Shown in pieces: positions 25,773-44,828 of a stretch of 64,000 bases of DNA. Both the position numbers and the translations under genes were made by a program. The stretch is from Octopus vulgaris (taxonomy: Eukaryota), in the NCBI GenBank assembly GCA_951406725.2, contig OX597833.1, positions 42,408,001-42,472,000 of the forward strand, in the 5' to 3' direction. Below the pieces are notes generated by a model, which saw nothing but the letters and a program-made list of their open reading frames with translations, had not been told where the DNA came from and did not search any database. The stretch's first letter is position 1, and each line of letters begins with the position of its first letter.

Positions 25773-26287
25773 TTATGAGGAACTGCATTGAGGCAAATAT
25801 TCTCATTGGTTGCGGTAAAGACGACATCGTCTTCATTCCTCGCATACCAGTTTTACCATCTAATGTCCTATTCCAATTTAAGCCGTTACGGTTTCCAATC
25901 TCACTTTCTTTTGTCATGAGCATAATAAAAGTCAGGACCAAACACTAAAAGTTGCTGGATTACAACTTGAAGAACCATGCTTTTCACATGGCCAATTTTA
26001 TGTAGGAGCATCATGCGTGGGAGAAAAAAGCAAATCTTTTTGCTTATGCATTCTGAAATAAGACAAAAAACATTGTTTATAAAGAAATATTTACTCATAA
26101 TGTAACATGATTACTTCAATAATTTAATTTAACGTTATATTCTAGAATGAGTAAATTATTACATATTTTTCTCTTATAAAAATACACACATACAGGAAGA
26201 GTAAATTATATATATAATAATACTCTGAATGTGGTTCAGTAGAAACAGTAAAAGTAATTACCCGATCAACGACTGCTATCACTGCTA

Positions 26288-26288
<1 letters not shown>
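25773..26288 (+). pseudogene. Helitron RepHel C-terminus (Pif1 helicase) plus 3' end
   Basis: IVFIPRIPVLPS..FQFK..FPI.LSF.MSI.K / GQTLKVAGLQLEEPCFSHGQFYVG..TKNIVYKEI*; degenerate hairpin and CTAG at 26261-26288. Confidence 0.9.
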
Positions 26289-26331
<43 letters not shown>

Positions 26332-26548
26332 CACCAAGTAATTTCCATTCACATATTTGCATTTCAAATAATCTTTTCCATAAATCAACTATCGTAAAAA
26401 TTTTATGCGATGACGTCACATTTTCTTATGTGTGTGTACCGTAAAAGACATCAATCCTCACGACGCACACCTTCACTCACTCTATCTCTCTTTCTAACCC
26501 TCTTTCTCTCTCACATACACACGTGCAGGCACGCACGCACACGCACAC

Positions 26549-26659
<111 letters not shown>

Positions 26660-26830
26660 CATTTCATATAGACGTACATACATCTTTCTCTGTTCTTTTT
26701 GCTTTCTCTTCTTTCAATTTCTGCTTTCTTCAAATAAAATTTTTACGGATACAACTGCTTACAAATATTGGGATTAATGTATAATTTCTGTCTATGCTCA
26801 TAATTTTTTATTTACAATATTGGGAAAAAG

Positions 26831-27776
26831 ATGCTACCAAAGAAAAGACGTAATCTCTCCAGAAACAAATATAAAGCAAGGAGGATTGTAGAAAACCGAA
26901 GGCAAGAGTCTGAAGAGAGAAGCTGGATGAGATTTCCTCAACATCAGCAAATACATGTTGCAGCACTTAATGCCGGATCATTAATCACTGTTTTAATGAT
27001 TAGACAGAGGTCCAATAGAATAGCTCTCAGAAACAGACTACGTACAAATTCGTTCTTCACAACTCCTGAAGCTGTTTTCAGATATGATCCATCCCATTCT
27101 TATAAAAATACCTGTCCAAATTGGTGTGCTAAACACAAGTCATCTTTACTGTAGAGCTTTAAAATTTTCGAATGAAACAAATAGTATGTGCTGCACAGGT
27201 GATCAGTTAATATTGCCAGCACTACCAGCTTCTTCTCAACCTCTTATGGATCTTCTAGAAGGCATTTCCATCCAATCAAAGGATTTGCTGAACAATATCA
27301 GACAAGACAACTCTGCAAATGACATCGTTTGTTGCATCTAAGAAGATAGATAAATATGAATTTACACCAACGTCAAAGTTCAAGGGCAAGTCTATCACCT
27401 CATTGGTTCCCTGTTACCCATAAATGAACAACAACAGTTCATCCAAATTTACTTTCTGAATGATGTAGGACAACAAACCCGAAGGAGGTGTCAAAATTTC
27501 AGATGATGGGTCGTCTTAGACACAACCCTTACTGCTGCAAAAGAGAGTATGTCTAATGACAACTTCTCGGTGCGTTCAAAAACCACCTAGCCCCCACAGG
27601 TTAGGGCCTGAAATACTCCAAACGGACGAATCGCATGTTGCTTAGTCGAATTAGCCCATAATTTACTCGACAAATGTTTTGTTGTCAATGCTGCACTTTC
27701 CTATATCACCTGTTTCAACATAACTGCAATATATTATATACAAGCTACAGCATTTTATCCCGAGCAACGCCGGGTG
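26831..27776 (+). pseudogene. Helitron RepHel N-terminal region, internally deleted element
   Basis: ALKFSNETNSMCC..LPAL...LL.G..SKDLLNNIRQDNSA, KVQGQVYHLIGSLLP..FIQIYF; 3' hairpin cccgagcaacgccggg at ~27759. Confidence 0.88.
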
Positions 27777-27778
27777 TG

Positions 27779-27856
<78 letters not shown>

Positions 27857-27922
27857 CATACATATATGTATATATATATATATATATATAATTATATATA
27901 TATATATATACATATATGTATG

Positions 27923-27972
<50 letters not shown>

Positions 27973-28006
27973 TATATTTGTATTTATATATATATAAATA
28001 AAAATA

Positions 28007-32345
<4,339 letters not shown>

Positions 32346-32872
32346 TTATCTTTTTCTATCAATTTTTTCAACATTTACTTGTTTCAGTCTTTGAATTGCG
32401 GCCATATCGGTCACTGGCCTGTAAGGTTTTATTCGTCCATGGTTAGAGTATTCTCTTTCAAAGAAAGCCTTTTGTTTTGCTTGTCGGCGCATTGACACTT
32501 CTGCTCAAGCGGATACTTGCTTTACTAAAGATGGATAGTCTAACTGGCATCATGCAAAAGAAAACAGCAAAAGTTTAAATAAGCACGCAAACTCTGCAGC
32601 CCATATCCAGGCTATTGTAACATAGAGGGAACGCCAACAGCGTTTGTCCACAACATCCGTGTCTTCAATTTTGCAAGATGATCAATTGAGCAAAAACCGT
32701 TACTATATCAATTCAATTATTGATATTGTGCGTTTTCTTTGCGCAAACGAATTGCCTTTTCGAGGAAACGAAAATGAAGCTTTTGAGGATCTTTATTCGG
32801 AAGGTGAGACGCAGCCTTGTGGTCTTTTTATGAAATTATGCCAATACACTTTAGAGAAAGACTCAAAGCTCA

Positions 32873-33249
32873 TCTCTCTCTAAATAAAGCTGAAGTTGTC
32901 TGTGTATGGCAGGTTTGGTAGCCTTCAATTAACACTATCTCCTCCGAGACCCTGTGGCACAAGTTGACGAAAATTAAGAGTATGTTAGAAGAAGGCTTGC
33001 TCTTCATTCCGTAGAAGATAAAATTCAAATCGGACCATGTTAAGACCAAAAATTATTTACATCAAAAAGGTGCTTTTTTTTCTATGAAAATCCCTATTTT
33101 TTACGATTTTATGACTGCTGTGTCGCCATTTTTCAGTGTATTTCAACAAGAAAAATATTCACTTAAAGAGAATAACAAGCTATATAATGCTTTTCAAAAA
33201 TTCCAATTCTAAAGGGTCGAAACAAACCCGAGCAACGCCGGGCGATACA
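32873..33249 (+). mobile_element. Non-autonomous Helitron inserted in the hAT ORF
   Basis: a|TCtctctctaaataaagctgaagttgtctgt...cccgagcaacgccgggcgata; hAT reading (LEKDSKL...IPKNATY) resumes after it. Confidence 0.8.
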
Positions 33250-34384
33250 GCACGATTCCAAAAAATGCGACCTATACCTTGGTAGCAATGCAAAACGAAA
33301 TCACCGAATTGTTGAGGAGATACACTGTCAACCTTGTTGTCGGTGAAATCAAGATGTTCCGATGTTCCTTACTTTACGCTGAAACGTGACGGAACGCGTG
33401 ACTTGAGTAATACTGAAAATATTGCGATTGTTATTAGGTACTTGTAAAACGGCGGTGTTCTGGAAAACTTAGTTGCAATGCCAACTACTCAACATTATGC
33501 TGCTGAAACATTGACCGACTTGTTAATTAAGGAATTAACCAACCTTTGCATTGACCCAAAGCTTATGTTGTCACATTGCTTCTGTGACGTCTGACAAAAT
33601 TGGTGGCGTTCAAAGAATGATTCAGAATCGACTTGAAAAACACGTACCCTATGTTCATTGTCTTAATTATCAGTTGCATCCTGTGGTTAACACAATAAAG
33701 CGGATTCTAGATTTAGCTACGTTCTTCGACACCGTTAATATTCTTCATAATTTTATTAAACGGCCAAGGATAGCTAGTCTCTGCAAAGGACTGAAATTGC
33801 CACGTCTTGTGGAGCATAGGTGGTTGGGCCATTTCAGTGCCATTGCTTCTGTAATAGAAAAATCACTCTAAAATTGTTGGCTTGATAACCGAGTGCACAG
33901 ATTCATCAGATTCAGAAACGTATTTGAGGCAACTGGGATTTTACATCAAGTTCGTTCCAAAAGGTTTGTTTTTCTAGCCCTTGTTCTTAGTAAATTTCTG
34001 CATATAATTATGCCAGTAGACAAACAGCTTTAAAGTCACAATTGGGCTTCTTAAGATTGTCAAGAGTGAAATAACCAAACTGAAAGACTCTAATGTTTGA
34101 TGAGATTCTGAAACAAATGAAGTCAGTTTAATGTTATTGAGGAACGTATGCGCCGAAAAGGTTGCGGGTCCCGGCGTTTTTCACATTATGCTGTTGAAGC
34201 CCTGGATAATCTTTCACTGCCAAATTTATTTCCCGATCATCGATGAAAGCTTGGGAGAGCTAGATAATAGATTTTCATAGCAAAACATCCACATATATTC
34301 TTCCTTGGCAAGTCTACTACTAATATCCGAAACATTTTGAATTTTGATACTTTAAAACCTTTGAGCAATTTAGTTAATTACGAT

Positions 34385-34598
34385 AAACCACACACACACG
34401 CTCACACACAGACACACACATATATACATATATTCGACGGGCTTCTTTCAGTTTCCGTCTACCAAATCCACTCACAAGGCTTTGGTCGGCCCGAGGCTAT
34501 AGTAGAAGACACTTGCCCAAGGTGCCACGCAGTGGGACTGAACCCGGAACTATGTGGTTGGTAAGCAAGCTACTTACCACACATCCACTCCTGCGCCT
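34385..34598 (-). mobile_element. SINE family B head inserted in the hAT
   Basis: Matches the head of 22692. Confidence 0.88.
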
Positions 34599-35157
34599 AT
34601 AATGTTTATCTATTTTATGGTGCAGCATTAACATTTGGATCTAGCATAGTCACATGTGAGTCATCGTTTTCGATGCTAACGCGAATTATGACACCCTTTC
34701 GACGAAATATGAAGCACCAACGAAAATCAAACCTCGTGATACTTGCTTCTCTTAGTATATGCAAATCAAGGACGATTTTCTTAATTTTTTTTGACATTGC
34801 ATTGTCGGAGATTGCAGTTATATTAAATATATGTACCCTGAATTTATTATTTTGTGTTGTGAATTTTCATGAAAGACGTAATCAAATTTTATAAACAGTA
34901 CGGGTTTTAGAGTTCTGTTCAGCACCCCCGGCTATCACAAGATAGCCCCCTCCCAGTTGCAATCGGCTGGCTACGTTGCCGGGTGACACGCAGTGGGACT
35001 GAACCTGAAAACATGTGGTTAGGAATCAAACTTAATCCCACACAGGTACGTCGCTTTATGTCCCGAAAAATGGTACATTAAGCATTCGATAAGTAACAGT
35101 CAATAAAATAATTACACAACTGAAATACATACTTGAAATAGCGGCACTTATTTCATA

Positions 35158-35722
35158 TTGGGTTGTCCGGAAAGTTCGTGCCGATTTTTAAAGGAAAGAA
35201 AAAGGTTAATAAGTACTTGCCATTACATTTTAATCAACCAAATATGAACCATTTTGTTGCACAATGCGTCTCCATCTTTCCTTTGACTTGAAAATACCCT
35301 CTTCCCAGAACTGAGGTGGTTTCATGGCAAAGAATTCATCAAGGTATGTTTTTACGTAATCCAAGGAATTGAAATTTTTACCATTAAGACTATTCTGCAG
35401 AGACCTGAATTAGTGGAAATCCGAAGAAGCAATATCTGGTGAATATGAAGGGTGGGGTAACACATCCCAGCCGAGCTGCAGTAATTTTTGTCTGGTTCCC
35501 AAAGCATCAAGTGCTGAAAATGAACTTTCTTATCTTCCATTTTAAAGGGTTACAGAAGTAACACAGGTTATAAGAACATAAACCTTCTTTCACGAAAAGT
35601 TAGCTTAAACTGTGCTCTAAATGGAGGTGTAGTCAAATCGTATTTTATGGACTCAACCATGTTCTAAAATAAGTCGAAAGGTAAGCTGCTATAAATCGGC
35701 ACGAACTTTCCGGACAACCCAA
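35158..35722 (-). mobile_element. Internally deleted mariner element
   Basis: Perfect ~30 bp TIR ttgggttgtccggaaagttcgtgccgattt with TA TSD; remnants MEDKKVHF.., HPPYSPDIA.SDF, FWEEGI..ERWRRIV. Confidence 0.93.
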
Positions 35723-35790
35723 TATATACCTTATCATTTTAAAGAAGTACAGAACGTAATGAATAATGTAGTTACAGATATTCTTTAAAG

Positions 35791-35853
35791 CAGTGGCTCT
35801 CAACCTTTTTGGCACCACAAACTGGTTTTGTGCAAGAAATTTTTTCTACGGGG
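35791..35853 (+). mobile_element. hAT-Charlie-like terminal fragment
   Basis: cagtggctctcaacctttttggcacca...tttttctacgg resembles MER1/Charlie-type ends from memory. Confidence 0.5.
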
Positions 35854-35914
35854 TAAGGGATCATGTACATAACAAAACAATTAAGTATACGACGAATAAT
35901 TTAATTATTATCTT

Positions 35915-36078
35915 TTACTTGTTTCAGTCCATTAGACTGTGGCCATGCTGGGGGCACCGTCATTGGTTTTTTAAGGCTTGTACTTATACTATCGGACTAT
36001 TTTGCCGAACTGCAAAGTTATAGAGACGTAAACACACCAACACCGGTTGTCAAGCGGTTTTGAGGGGACAAACACAAT

Positions 36079-36123
<45 letters not shown>

Positions 36124-36185
36124 GTAAACATATACATATATATAAGCCCTTCGTATATATGTACACACGCACGCACACACACACA

Positions 36186-36266
<81 letters not shown>

Positions 36267-36380
36267 GTATTGGAAATTGTGTGGAATCCTTGGTACACTT
36301 AGGTATATTTGAAAAAGGAAAAGAATGGCTTCACCGGAAGTTCTAATTTTTTCAGTTTCCGTCTTCCAAATCCACTCACA
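35915..36380 (-). mobile_element. Diverged SINE family B with (CA)n expansions
   Basis: Tail ttacttgtttcagtc..ggccatgctgg; cagtttccgtcttccaaatccactcacaa. Confidence 0.75.
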
Positions 36381-37339
36381 AAATTAAACTACGTTAAACT
36401 TACAAATTACAATTTTCTCAAGAAAGCCAAGAGAAAAAAATGTTTTATGTTGACACATTCTACCAGTATACGAAGTTTAAAAGTGTTTAGTTAACTAGAA
36501 ATTGTGTTGAAAACTGCCGTTCAAAAGGAAAAGATCCATGTATGTAGGTACCTGTGGACGTGGAATAATGGATGAATCTTTATGAAAGATTGGGTTCTCA
36601 CTATCATCACTTTCTGTTTCTATTACAACTTATTTTCATTTTCTTGCTCATAACACACAATAATATTCAATTTTCTGAACGCCGTTAGGTTTTTATGCCT
36701 TCTTGTCAGTGCTGTCTTAAGATATACGAGTAGGTACACTGGATGGTTGCGTAGGGGTGTAGGGAATCTCACGAGTCTAGGGGCTAAATTCTGGTCTATC
36801 TATGCACTGGTTCGTTGTCAATAAAAAAAACTCTATAGGGCTCTGTGCATTGATTTCTCTGGGATCCTATAATGATGCTAAGACGGTCCTGTTCTTTATG
36901 CAACGTTCCTAAAATGACAGTCACCCGAAAGCTTTGGGGTTGCCAGAACGATGTCTTTCTATCATTTCGTAGTAACTAAACCAACCTTTCCACAAATTAC
37001 TAACTCAGAAACATAAACTCAGACCAACTGCATTGAATATGCCCATTATTAATGAATGAATGAATTAATTAATTAACTAATTTATCTATTTTTCTTTTCC
37101 ACGTATTCACGAACAGAAATAACAGACTGTGATCTGAAGTGGGCACGGTAAGCTAGTAGAGTAACGAAAAACCCAAATCACGTGACAAACATTGATGAAA
37201 TGTTAGCCTAAACTTAACCTTTTACCCATATTTATTTCACGTCATTTCCTTGCAGGTATTTGATTATATTATAAATAGCGTGTCATTCGTGATAGCTGTG
37301 GTAGTACAATTGACATCAACTTGATCTCTCTCTCTCTAT

Positions 37340-37990
37340 TCAAGGCAAATACCAATCTTTACTTATATTATTTTCTGTTCATTGTTTGAGTTTTAACTGT
37401 AGCACTGGGTGCATCTCCATTACTATTTTTTTTAGGTGTGTGCAGCATTGACTTCTGGTAATGTAGAACTATATTTGTTTCTCCACCAACTTTAAGTTAT
37501 TGTGTATGGCTTGATTTATTGTTCCTTGTGTTATTTTAGTGTTTCTGCTGTTGAATATATACAATGTAAGTTGTGTTATTTTAGCTCGGTACTAAATATA
37601 TCTTCTATCTGCTGCATAATGGAGTGTAAAGTGTTGTGATGTGAGGCCGTGATTGTGTAGATTTGTTATATTAATGGTTGATAATTGTATAGGGTGATAG
37701 TAGTATTGGTGTGATAACGTCGGTAAGGTATGAGCTTGGATTCTGTTATTTTATTAGGTATTTGTATAGAGTTTGTGCAATGATATATTGGTATTTGTTT
37801 TTATTGGATGGTTATTGTACAGGGTACATGGTGTGTTTCTTCAATGGGTGGTTATCGTATAGAGTATGCGTCATATTTTGTAGCGTACTCTATTCGAGTT
37901 GTGGTGTTTAATTGGAAAGTGCCTTGTGTAGGATGCTGGTCTCGTTTGGCGTGAACTGTGTAACGTTGTGAACCTTGCTCTGGTTTGTGA
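37340..37990 (-). mobile_element. Highly degraded LINE 3' fragment (clade uncertain)
   Basis: A/C-rich minus strand with ETSILP..HF / HPL-like remnants. Confidence 0.4.
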
Positions 37991-38079
37991 GTTTCATATA
38001 TATGTTTACCACACTTTGTATTATAATTATTCGTAATAATGTTTTATAAAATTTACTATTATTATTTTTTATGTCATGC

Positions 38080-38200
38080 TCCCCGTTCTGCTTATTTCAG
38101 TTTTAAGGTCTTTCTATTTCGACAGCTTCTCTACTGTCTTTCGGGCAATAGCTTTTGGCCTGAAGGGATCGAGATGTCAATCATGGTATAGACATTTTTC
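38080..38200 (-). mobile_element. Degraded R4/Dong endonuclease fragment
   Basis: IDISIP..IARKTVEKLSK*KDLKTEISR. Confidence 0.65.
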
Positions 38201-38771
38201 GTCCAGTCTTTATTATTATATAAAAATGTTTAACCTTGGTCTTTTGTCAATGTGAGTAGATATAACTCAAATGATTATGACCAAGAAATTGCCAAACAGT
38301 ATTTTGTACATGTTTATACACATTCATATCTATTTTCGCATTGAAGTGTAGGTATACGGTCTACTGTATATAACGACCGACTTGATAATGTCAGTTTAAT
38401 ACACGCAGACTTGGCAAAAACTGAGTAGTCGGCAATTATCGTCAACAGTAAATTTGTTAAAAGGTGGGTGAATGTGGCGAGGATGGTTCGACCAAGTGGA
38501 CCTACTCTAAACTGGGACCTGTAAGCTGAAGAGTACTATGGAGAGAGGGGCACTTGTCATGATGCTCCAGGTGTGGAGGGTGGCTTTGGATCTGCAGATC
38601 CATTGGTTGCTCACGGTTGGGGGTTGTCTCTCTTATTAAGGGACTTATAAAATTTTTTTGTTATTGCTTTTTGTATTGTTTTCACGGTTCTCAGTGAATC
38701 ATCACTGTTCTTTGTCTTTGTATTGTTTTAAATGTGTTCCGCGGTCCTTATAATTATCACGACTACTTGTT

Positions 38772-39250
38772 TGATAAGGGTACACCAGGCACATTCATCA
38801 CAACCATAAGTGCACGACTTATGTTGATATCATATGAAGATAAACAGCGCATGACTTTGCAGGTGGGGGCCCAGATAGAATTTTCTTCAGGCCGAGTAGT
38901 CCACCGCGCTCAAAAGGGTCCTGAATAAGGATTGTTTAAGGATGTCGAACGAAACACCCATGTTTTCAGAGGTGAATTATTCAAGCCTCAAAGAATTCCT
39001 CTCAACACATGGCTATGATGCTCCCCAACTACTTCTGCTCGTGATCAGAGATGCATATATCATCAGCCACCAAGAGAAATGCTCAACAGGTTAAGTTCAA
39101 ACAACTGACAAGCAGGTCTGTGGTATTGAGCAGAATATTTGCTGTAGCGCATCTTTTACACCAAGGCAATACATGTAATATGATAACACTTCCAATCAGT
39201 TAATATCAGAGACCATTAGAGCGACTACCTGGTACAGCATCGGGGCATTT
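38772..39250 (-). mobile_element. Non-coding (TAA)n-targeted element, diverged copy
   Basis: Aligns to 39420-39892 and shares the ggcattt|attatt boundary. Confidence 0.85.
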
Positions 39251-39337
39251 ATTATTATTTTAATTTTTATTATTATTATTATTATTATTGTTGTTGTTGT
39301 TGTTGTTGTTATTTTAATTATTATTATTATTATTATT

Positions 39338-40200
<863 letters not shown>

Positions 40201-40209
40201 GAATCATTA

Positions 40210-40327
40210 TTACAGACATTGCTTCAAGATCTCTGCGGATGACTCTTGCAGTTCCAAGCAATGATGATCTTTGTAGGTTCTGTGCTTACATTCGCTGCAA
40301 TCTTTTTTAGCTATGTTGGTAGTTTGG
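40210..40327 (-). mobile_element. R4/Dong-type C-terminus, third family
   Basis: LQRSSLLGTARVIRRDLEAMSV*. Confidence 0.65.
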
Positions 40328-41141
40328 TTATTATTCAAGGAGGCAGTGAGCTAGCAGAAACGTTAGCACGTTTGACAAAATGCACATCAGTATTTCCTCT
40401 TGCTCATAACATCCTGAATTAAAATCCTACCGGTGGCAACTTTGCCTTCTATCATTTTAAGATCGGTGAAATAAGAACCAGTCAAGTACTGGAGTCATTG
40501 TAATCGACTTGCCTCTCCTCTCAAAATTGCCAGCCTTGTGCCATGCCAAAAATCAGAAAGAACTATGGTTACACTGTATAACGAAATTTTAATTTTAATT
40601 TTTTGTCTTTGGTCAGTAAGTATTATCTCTTATATGCTTCTATCTAGAAATCAAAGGAAATTACTACTATTCCCTTCAAACTTTACTTTTGTGACCTGGA
40701 TAGCAATGTTTTAAAACTGACCTATTTTCCATAAATTTTCACTCTGATTCAGTATCACGAATATCGTTATAACAAATATTCTGCTCAGTGCTACAGATTC
40801 TTCAAACTTTCTAAGAGTAAGCAAATAGGAAATAACTGTTGCTACCCAAGGACAAAAATCGTGTTACACAGTGTTATTATTGTTGTAGTTGTTATCCTCA
40901 TTATTATTAAATGTTAGAATCACGCTCAATGCTTTTGCCCGAGTTAGACGTGTTTATTTTATGGCTCTCTGATTCGAGGTCATTAAGCATGTTAAAAGCA
41001 TTGAAAACTCCACTTTTTATGCTTTTATTACAACAAACAAACTACAAACAAAGATGTTTATTCAATTATTTACTTCGCTTTTACTGTTTTGTTAGGAAGT
41101 TTCTTGGTTAAAACATTGTAGTTCAACATTGTAGTTCAAAC

Positions 41142-41234
41142 CTGAACAACATGGCGACAAAACAGCGACAATAACGACATGGAGGATACACACCATGAGA
41201 AAACAAAATTGCACATAAAACGTATCCGGTATTT
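41142..41234 (-). CDS. Candidate 93-nt exon encoding a hydrophobic, signal-peptide-like stretch (MVCILHVVIVAVLSPCCS)
   Basis: ttattctgttgcatcag| acceptor, cag|gtttga donor (phase 1), open frame, unique DNA. Confidence 0.25.
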
Positions 41235-41989
41235 CTGATGCAACAGAATAATAACGTGTATAATATCGACAATAATAACAACACACAGATTTACACACAC
41301 ACACACACACATACACACACGTTCTCAAAATGTCCTGTTCAATAAATTCTGGACTTGATCAGGCGCTTGATGGTAACACTTGTTTGTTTTAGATTGTATT
41401 ACGAAAAACTTTCTTTGTTTGCCTCAAATATTTTCTCTAAGAGCAGGGAAAGTGAGAACGTTAACTCCGAAAATCCTTGTATATGGCTTTTCAAAATAAA
41501 CTGAAACAGGCTCTAGCATTGTGTTGGACAGTATTTTGTCTACACATCTAGGCAAAACGTTGGGTACTACCATTCTACTTTTCATAACAGGGGACGAAGA
41601 TGGTGAGTTAGCTGAATCGCTTGAGCGTCGGAGGAATTCCCTTATAGTATTTCTTCCGGCATTTTACGTTCTAAGTTCAAATCTTGCCGATATCAGCTTT
41701 TCCTTGCACCCTTTTAGAGTCGATAAACTAAAATACCAGTCAAGTTTTGGGACCGGTTTAATCAGCTTATCCTTCCCCAAAAATTTGAAGCCGAGTGCCT
41801 CTATCAGGAAAAGTTATTTTTATTATTTTTCAGTAATCTTATTTTTCTTACCTAGGCAAGCCTTCGTTATTTACAATATTTTTTCTTGATTTGCGTTTTC
41901 TGTGGTATTGAAAATACAAGCCCCACGCACGTGATACGATTATGCTTGTGGGGCTTTGCGATGCTATTTTCAATATATTGTGTTTGTAA

Positions 41990-42460
41990 GGCGGCGAGCT
42001 GGCAGAAACGTTAGCACGCCGGGCAAAATGCTCAGCGGTATTTCGTCTGCCGCTACGTTGAGTTCAAATTCCGCCGAGGTCGACTTTGCTTTTCACTCTT
42101 TCGGGGTCGATTAAATAAGTACCAGTTACGCACTGGGGTCGATATAATCGACTTAATCCGTGTGTCTGTCCTTGTTTGTCCTCTCTATGTTTAGCCCCTT
42201 GTGGGCAATAAAGAAATAAGAAACGTTAGCACGGCGGGCGAAATGCTTAGCTTAATCCGTTTGTCTGTCCTTGTTTGTCCCCTCTGTGTTTAGCCCCTTG
42301 TGGGTAGTAAAGAAATAGGTATTTCGTCTGTCTACGTTCTTAGTTCAAATTCCGCCGAGGTCGATTTTGCCCCTCATCCTTTCGAGGTTGCTTACTGGGG
42401 TCGATCTAATAGACATGCCCCCTTCCCCAAAATTTAGGGTTTTGTGCCCAGAGTAGAAAA
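41990..42460 (+). mobile_element. Rearranged SINE family A multimer
   Basis: TSD aatatattgtgtttgta on both sides; internal junctions at short microhomologies. Confidence 0.88.
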
Positions 42461-42591
42461 AAATATATTGTGTTTGTATGTGATTTTCTTCTCGGTGAAC
42501 GATTCAAGTGTTGTTTTTGAATCTTTCAACAAATTATTAAATACTTTCATCTGTATTGCATATGTATGAGCGTGCGTGCGTACGTGTATTT

Positions 42592-42639
<48 letters not shown>

Positions 42640-43866
42640 ACGTTTGAATGAGCGGGTGTGCTTGCTAACTATTCATAAGTTTGAAACCTGTCACCCTCTG
42701 GTGATTTCGAATTGTTCATAATTGTTGCATTTGACCTACTTCACTTATTGTTAATAGTTCCCACGAACTTTTTGTGAACCCAGATGCTGAACTTTGTGTG
42801 AACCCTTTTCATTCATTCATAGTGATCTATTCGGCGCCTATACATGCTATCATTCTACAACATGCTATCATTCTACCCGTTCAATGTGGCGAACCGACAG
42901 AGTTTTAGCACTCCGAACAAAAAGCTTAGTTGCATATCGTTCGCTTTTATGTTCAGTTGAAATTCCGCGGAGGAGGACTTTGCTTTTCATCCTTCGAGAT
43001 CGATTAAATAAATACCAATCAAATACTAGGATCAATGTAGTCGGATTACCCTTTCCCTTAAAATCCTTGTCCTTCAGCAAGAAATTGGAACCATTATTCT
43101 CCCATTTTTAAACACTTGGTAATGATTCTCTTTTTATCTGTTTCTTGGTAGAACTGTTTTCAAGTTGGAGTTGAACTCTTTGTTTCGTACAAAAAAGTAT
43201 TGTTATCGATTTTCTTAACGACAAATCATTTGCTATTTAGCTGTATTTCTATTTTAGCTGCTTATTTTATTTTATTTTTATTTTAACACTGCATTTTATT
43301 TCGTTTTTGTATTTGGTTTGTGAATTCGTGTGTTGAAACAATTTTCAGATATTGACTTTTTGGCTCTCCTTAGACGCATTATTTAGTATTTCTATAGTAT
43401 TTGACTCTTTCTATTTCGTTCGGTAATTTGATTTCATTAAGGATTAAGATGTCATTTACTTTACATCTGTAGTGGAAAAGGTGTAGCAAAAGATGTTGAG
43501 GTAGCAGATGAAATAGGCATCTGGACGACTTCAAAGTAAAACAATGGAAAAACATCGGGTTGTTGTTTAAATAATTCATTTAAACGACACTTGCATTTAC
43601 TTGTTGCATACACTAAATATTTCACTACATCACATTACCAACTGTTTCGAACTGTCGAAGAAATTAATAGGGTAAATACAGTGTTGATATGATAGGGTAG
43701 AAACGGACATGTTTTGTGTCTGTGTGTGCGTTGGTCATTCAGTGGTGTCTGTTTATGTTCTGTGAGTGCAACTGTCGTTCATGTTGAATATCTGTTTCTC
43801 TGTTGTCAGTTTCACTGGCGCTTTCGTCTGTCTCTGTCTCTGTCTGTCCCTTGACAGATTGCTTAA

Positions 43867-44097
43867 GGCGGCGAGCTGGCAGACACGTTAGCGCGCCGGG
43901 CGAAATGCTTAGCGGTATTACGTCTGCCGTTACGTTCTGAGTTCAAATTCCGCCGAGGTCGACTTTGCCTTTCATCCTTTCGGGGTCGATAAATAAAGTA
44001 CCAATTTCGCACTGGGTTCGATGAAATCGACTTAATCCCTTTGTCTGTCCTTGTTTGTCCCCTCTATGTTTATCCCCTTGTGGGCAATAAAGAAATA
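43867..44097 (+). mobile_element. SINE family A monomer
   Basis: Complete from head to aaagaaata. Confidence 0.92.
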
Positions 44098-44153
44098 TAT
44101 AATAGTCGTGACAGCTAGAAGGACAGACATACCATAAGAGAAATTCCTACCTC

Positions 44154-44326
44154 GCTTGACAACCGATGCTGGTGTGTTTACGTCCCCGTAACTTAGCGGT
44201 TCGACAAAAGAGACCGATAGAATAAGTACTAGGCTTACAAAGAATAAGTCCTGGGGTCGATTTCCTCGACTAAAGGCGGTGCTCCACCATGGCCACAGTC
44301 AAATGACTGAAACAAGTAAAAGAGTA
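44154..44326 (+). mobile_element. SINE family B tail
   Basis: gcttgacaaccgatgctgg...aagtaaaagagta. Confidence 0.9.
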
Positions 44327-44680
44327 ACCCCGCCCCCACTCATAAATTCTAAAATAGCGGCGTTTTTCGAAATTTTTTAAAAAGCATAATTCTACAATGC
44401 AATTTGTTACGGTTTATAATTTCAAAATAACTTTCGAACGAAAATGTGTGCGATTTAAGGGAGATTTAGCTGTTGTTTCTAGAACACTCCACGACAACCT
44501 GATACCTTCCTCGTTTCTTTGTCACATGTATTTATGTTTTTAGATATTCCCCCGCCTTAAACACGTTTTATGGAATGATGACGCAGTGGTCCATTGCTGG
44601 GATTTAAGCAAAAAAAAAAAAAAAAAAAACTTTGGAAAACTGTTCAGAGGTTTATAGTTAAATCATTTTTACCCAATCAG
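44327..44680 (+). promoter_or_regulatory. Possible promoter: GC boxes, CRE half-site, CCAAT box
   Basis: ccccgcccc ~44328, cccgcc ~44551, tgacgca ~44579, ccaatcag ~44673, upstream of a GA-rich leader and the ORF. Confidence 0.35.
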
Positions 44681-44828
44681 AAAACTGAATTTTGTTGCTT
44701 AAAAACTGTGATAAAATGAATGTAAACATTAGAAGACGAAGTTGTAAACAAAACGAAAGCAATGTGTGAGAGATAATACATATACAGAGGGAGAGAGAGA
44801 GAGAGTAGTAATAGAGAGAGATAGATTG

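Larger units (their letters stand above)
32437..34982 (+). pseudogene. hAT transposase pseudogene (TTF zinc finger, DUF4371-like region, hATC dimerisation domain)
   Basis: PWLEYS..AFCFACR, NW..H..S..H, LPFRG, NATY..QNEI, DGTRD, YVHC.NYQLH, RW, CESSFS.L.RI; many stops and frameshifts. Confidence 0.9.
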
